From the NCBI GenBank assembly GCA_016748015.1, contig JAAOMT010000703.1, forward strand, positions 310,001-374,000: DNA of 64,000 bases, in the 5' to 3' direction. Shown here piece by piece: positions 63,883 through 64,000 of the stretch (positions within the stretch are counted from its first letter, which is position 1; every line of letters begins with the position of its first letter). This DNA is from Geosiphon pyriformis uo1 (lineage: Eukaryota; Fungi; Glomeromycota). The notes under the pieces are model-generated. The model saw only the letters and a list, made by a program, of their open reading frames with translations, was not told the DNA's origin and did not search any database. The translations under genes were made by a program, and so were the position numbers.

Positions 63883-64000
63883 ATAGACTTGGACAACTAC
63901 TCTGCCTTAATGGAATTTTTGGGTAAAGGACAATACCTACCAGAATACACTCGACAACAAAGAAAACATTTGTGCAAACAATCAAATTTCTATTTGATCC
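63883..64000 (+). pseudogene. Probable N-terminus of F integrase ORF (different frame from RNase H)
   Basis: (M/I)DLDNYSALMEFLGKGQYLPEYTRQQRKHLCKQSNFYLI resembles the A IN start (..YQQLQHYLNTQQF...RRSIKQQAKYFI). Catalytic motifs lie outside the window. Confidence 0.6.

Larger units (their letters stand above)
58956..64000 (+). mobile_element. Element F: distinct Ty3/Gypsy family (5' LTR 58956-59635), running off the window
   Basis: LTR with inverted termini TGTTATGG...CCATAACA, not alignable by eye to the A LTR; PBS 59642-59658; gag, PR, RT, RH and the start of IN. Confidence 0.93.

Overview
No host genes, RNA genes or CRISPR arrays were found. The whole 64 kb is an AT-rich, C>T/G>A-hypermutated eukaryotic repeat nest; it resembles Glomeromycotina (Geosiphon-like) fungal DNA, but that is inference only. 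Letters below are my own labels. Contents: three full-length ~10.1 kb Ty3/Gypsy copies on the minus strand (A 6998-17178, B 24313-34377, C 45596-55682); older or interrupted relatives (Z, O, P, Q, D, E1, E2); a solo LTR; an internally deleted two-LTR derivative (G); a second Gypsy family (F, 58956 to window end); a hAT DNA transposon inflated from ~3.2 kb to 37 kb by nested insertions (2419-39640); a 5'-truncated LINE; and an ORF1-only polyadenylated retroposon. TSDs and interrupted reading frames give the nesting order, up to seven levels deep. The most unusual signal is the Gypsy architecture: a Met-free ~330-codon N-terminal domain, then a gag-PR-Cys-rich-dUTPase-RT-RNaseH polyprotein that stops after RNase H, then integrase as a separate ORF (also in family F), then a conserved ~220-aa orphan ORF3 ending at the PPT, plus a U5 sequence that can fold over the PBS. 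Family F has a clear -1 frameshift pseudoknot signal. The ORF1-only retroposon shares its 3' UTR with the LINE. All alignments were done by eye; no searches were run.
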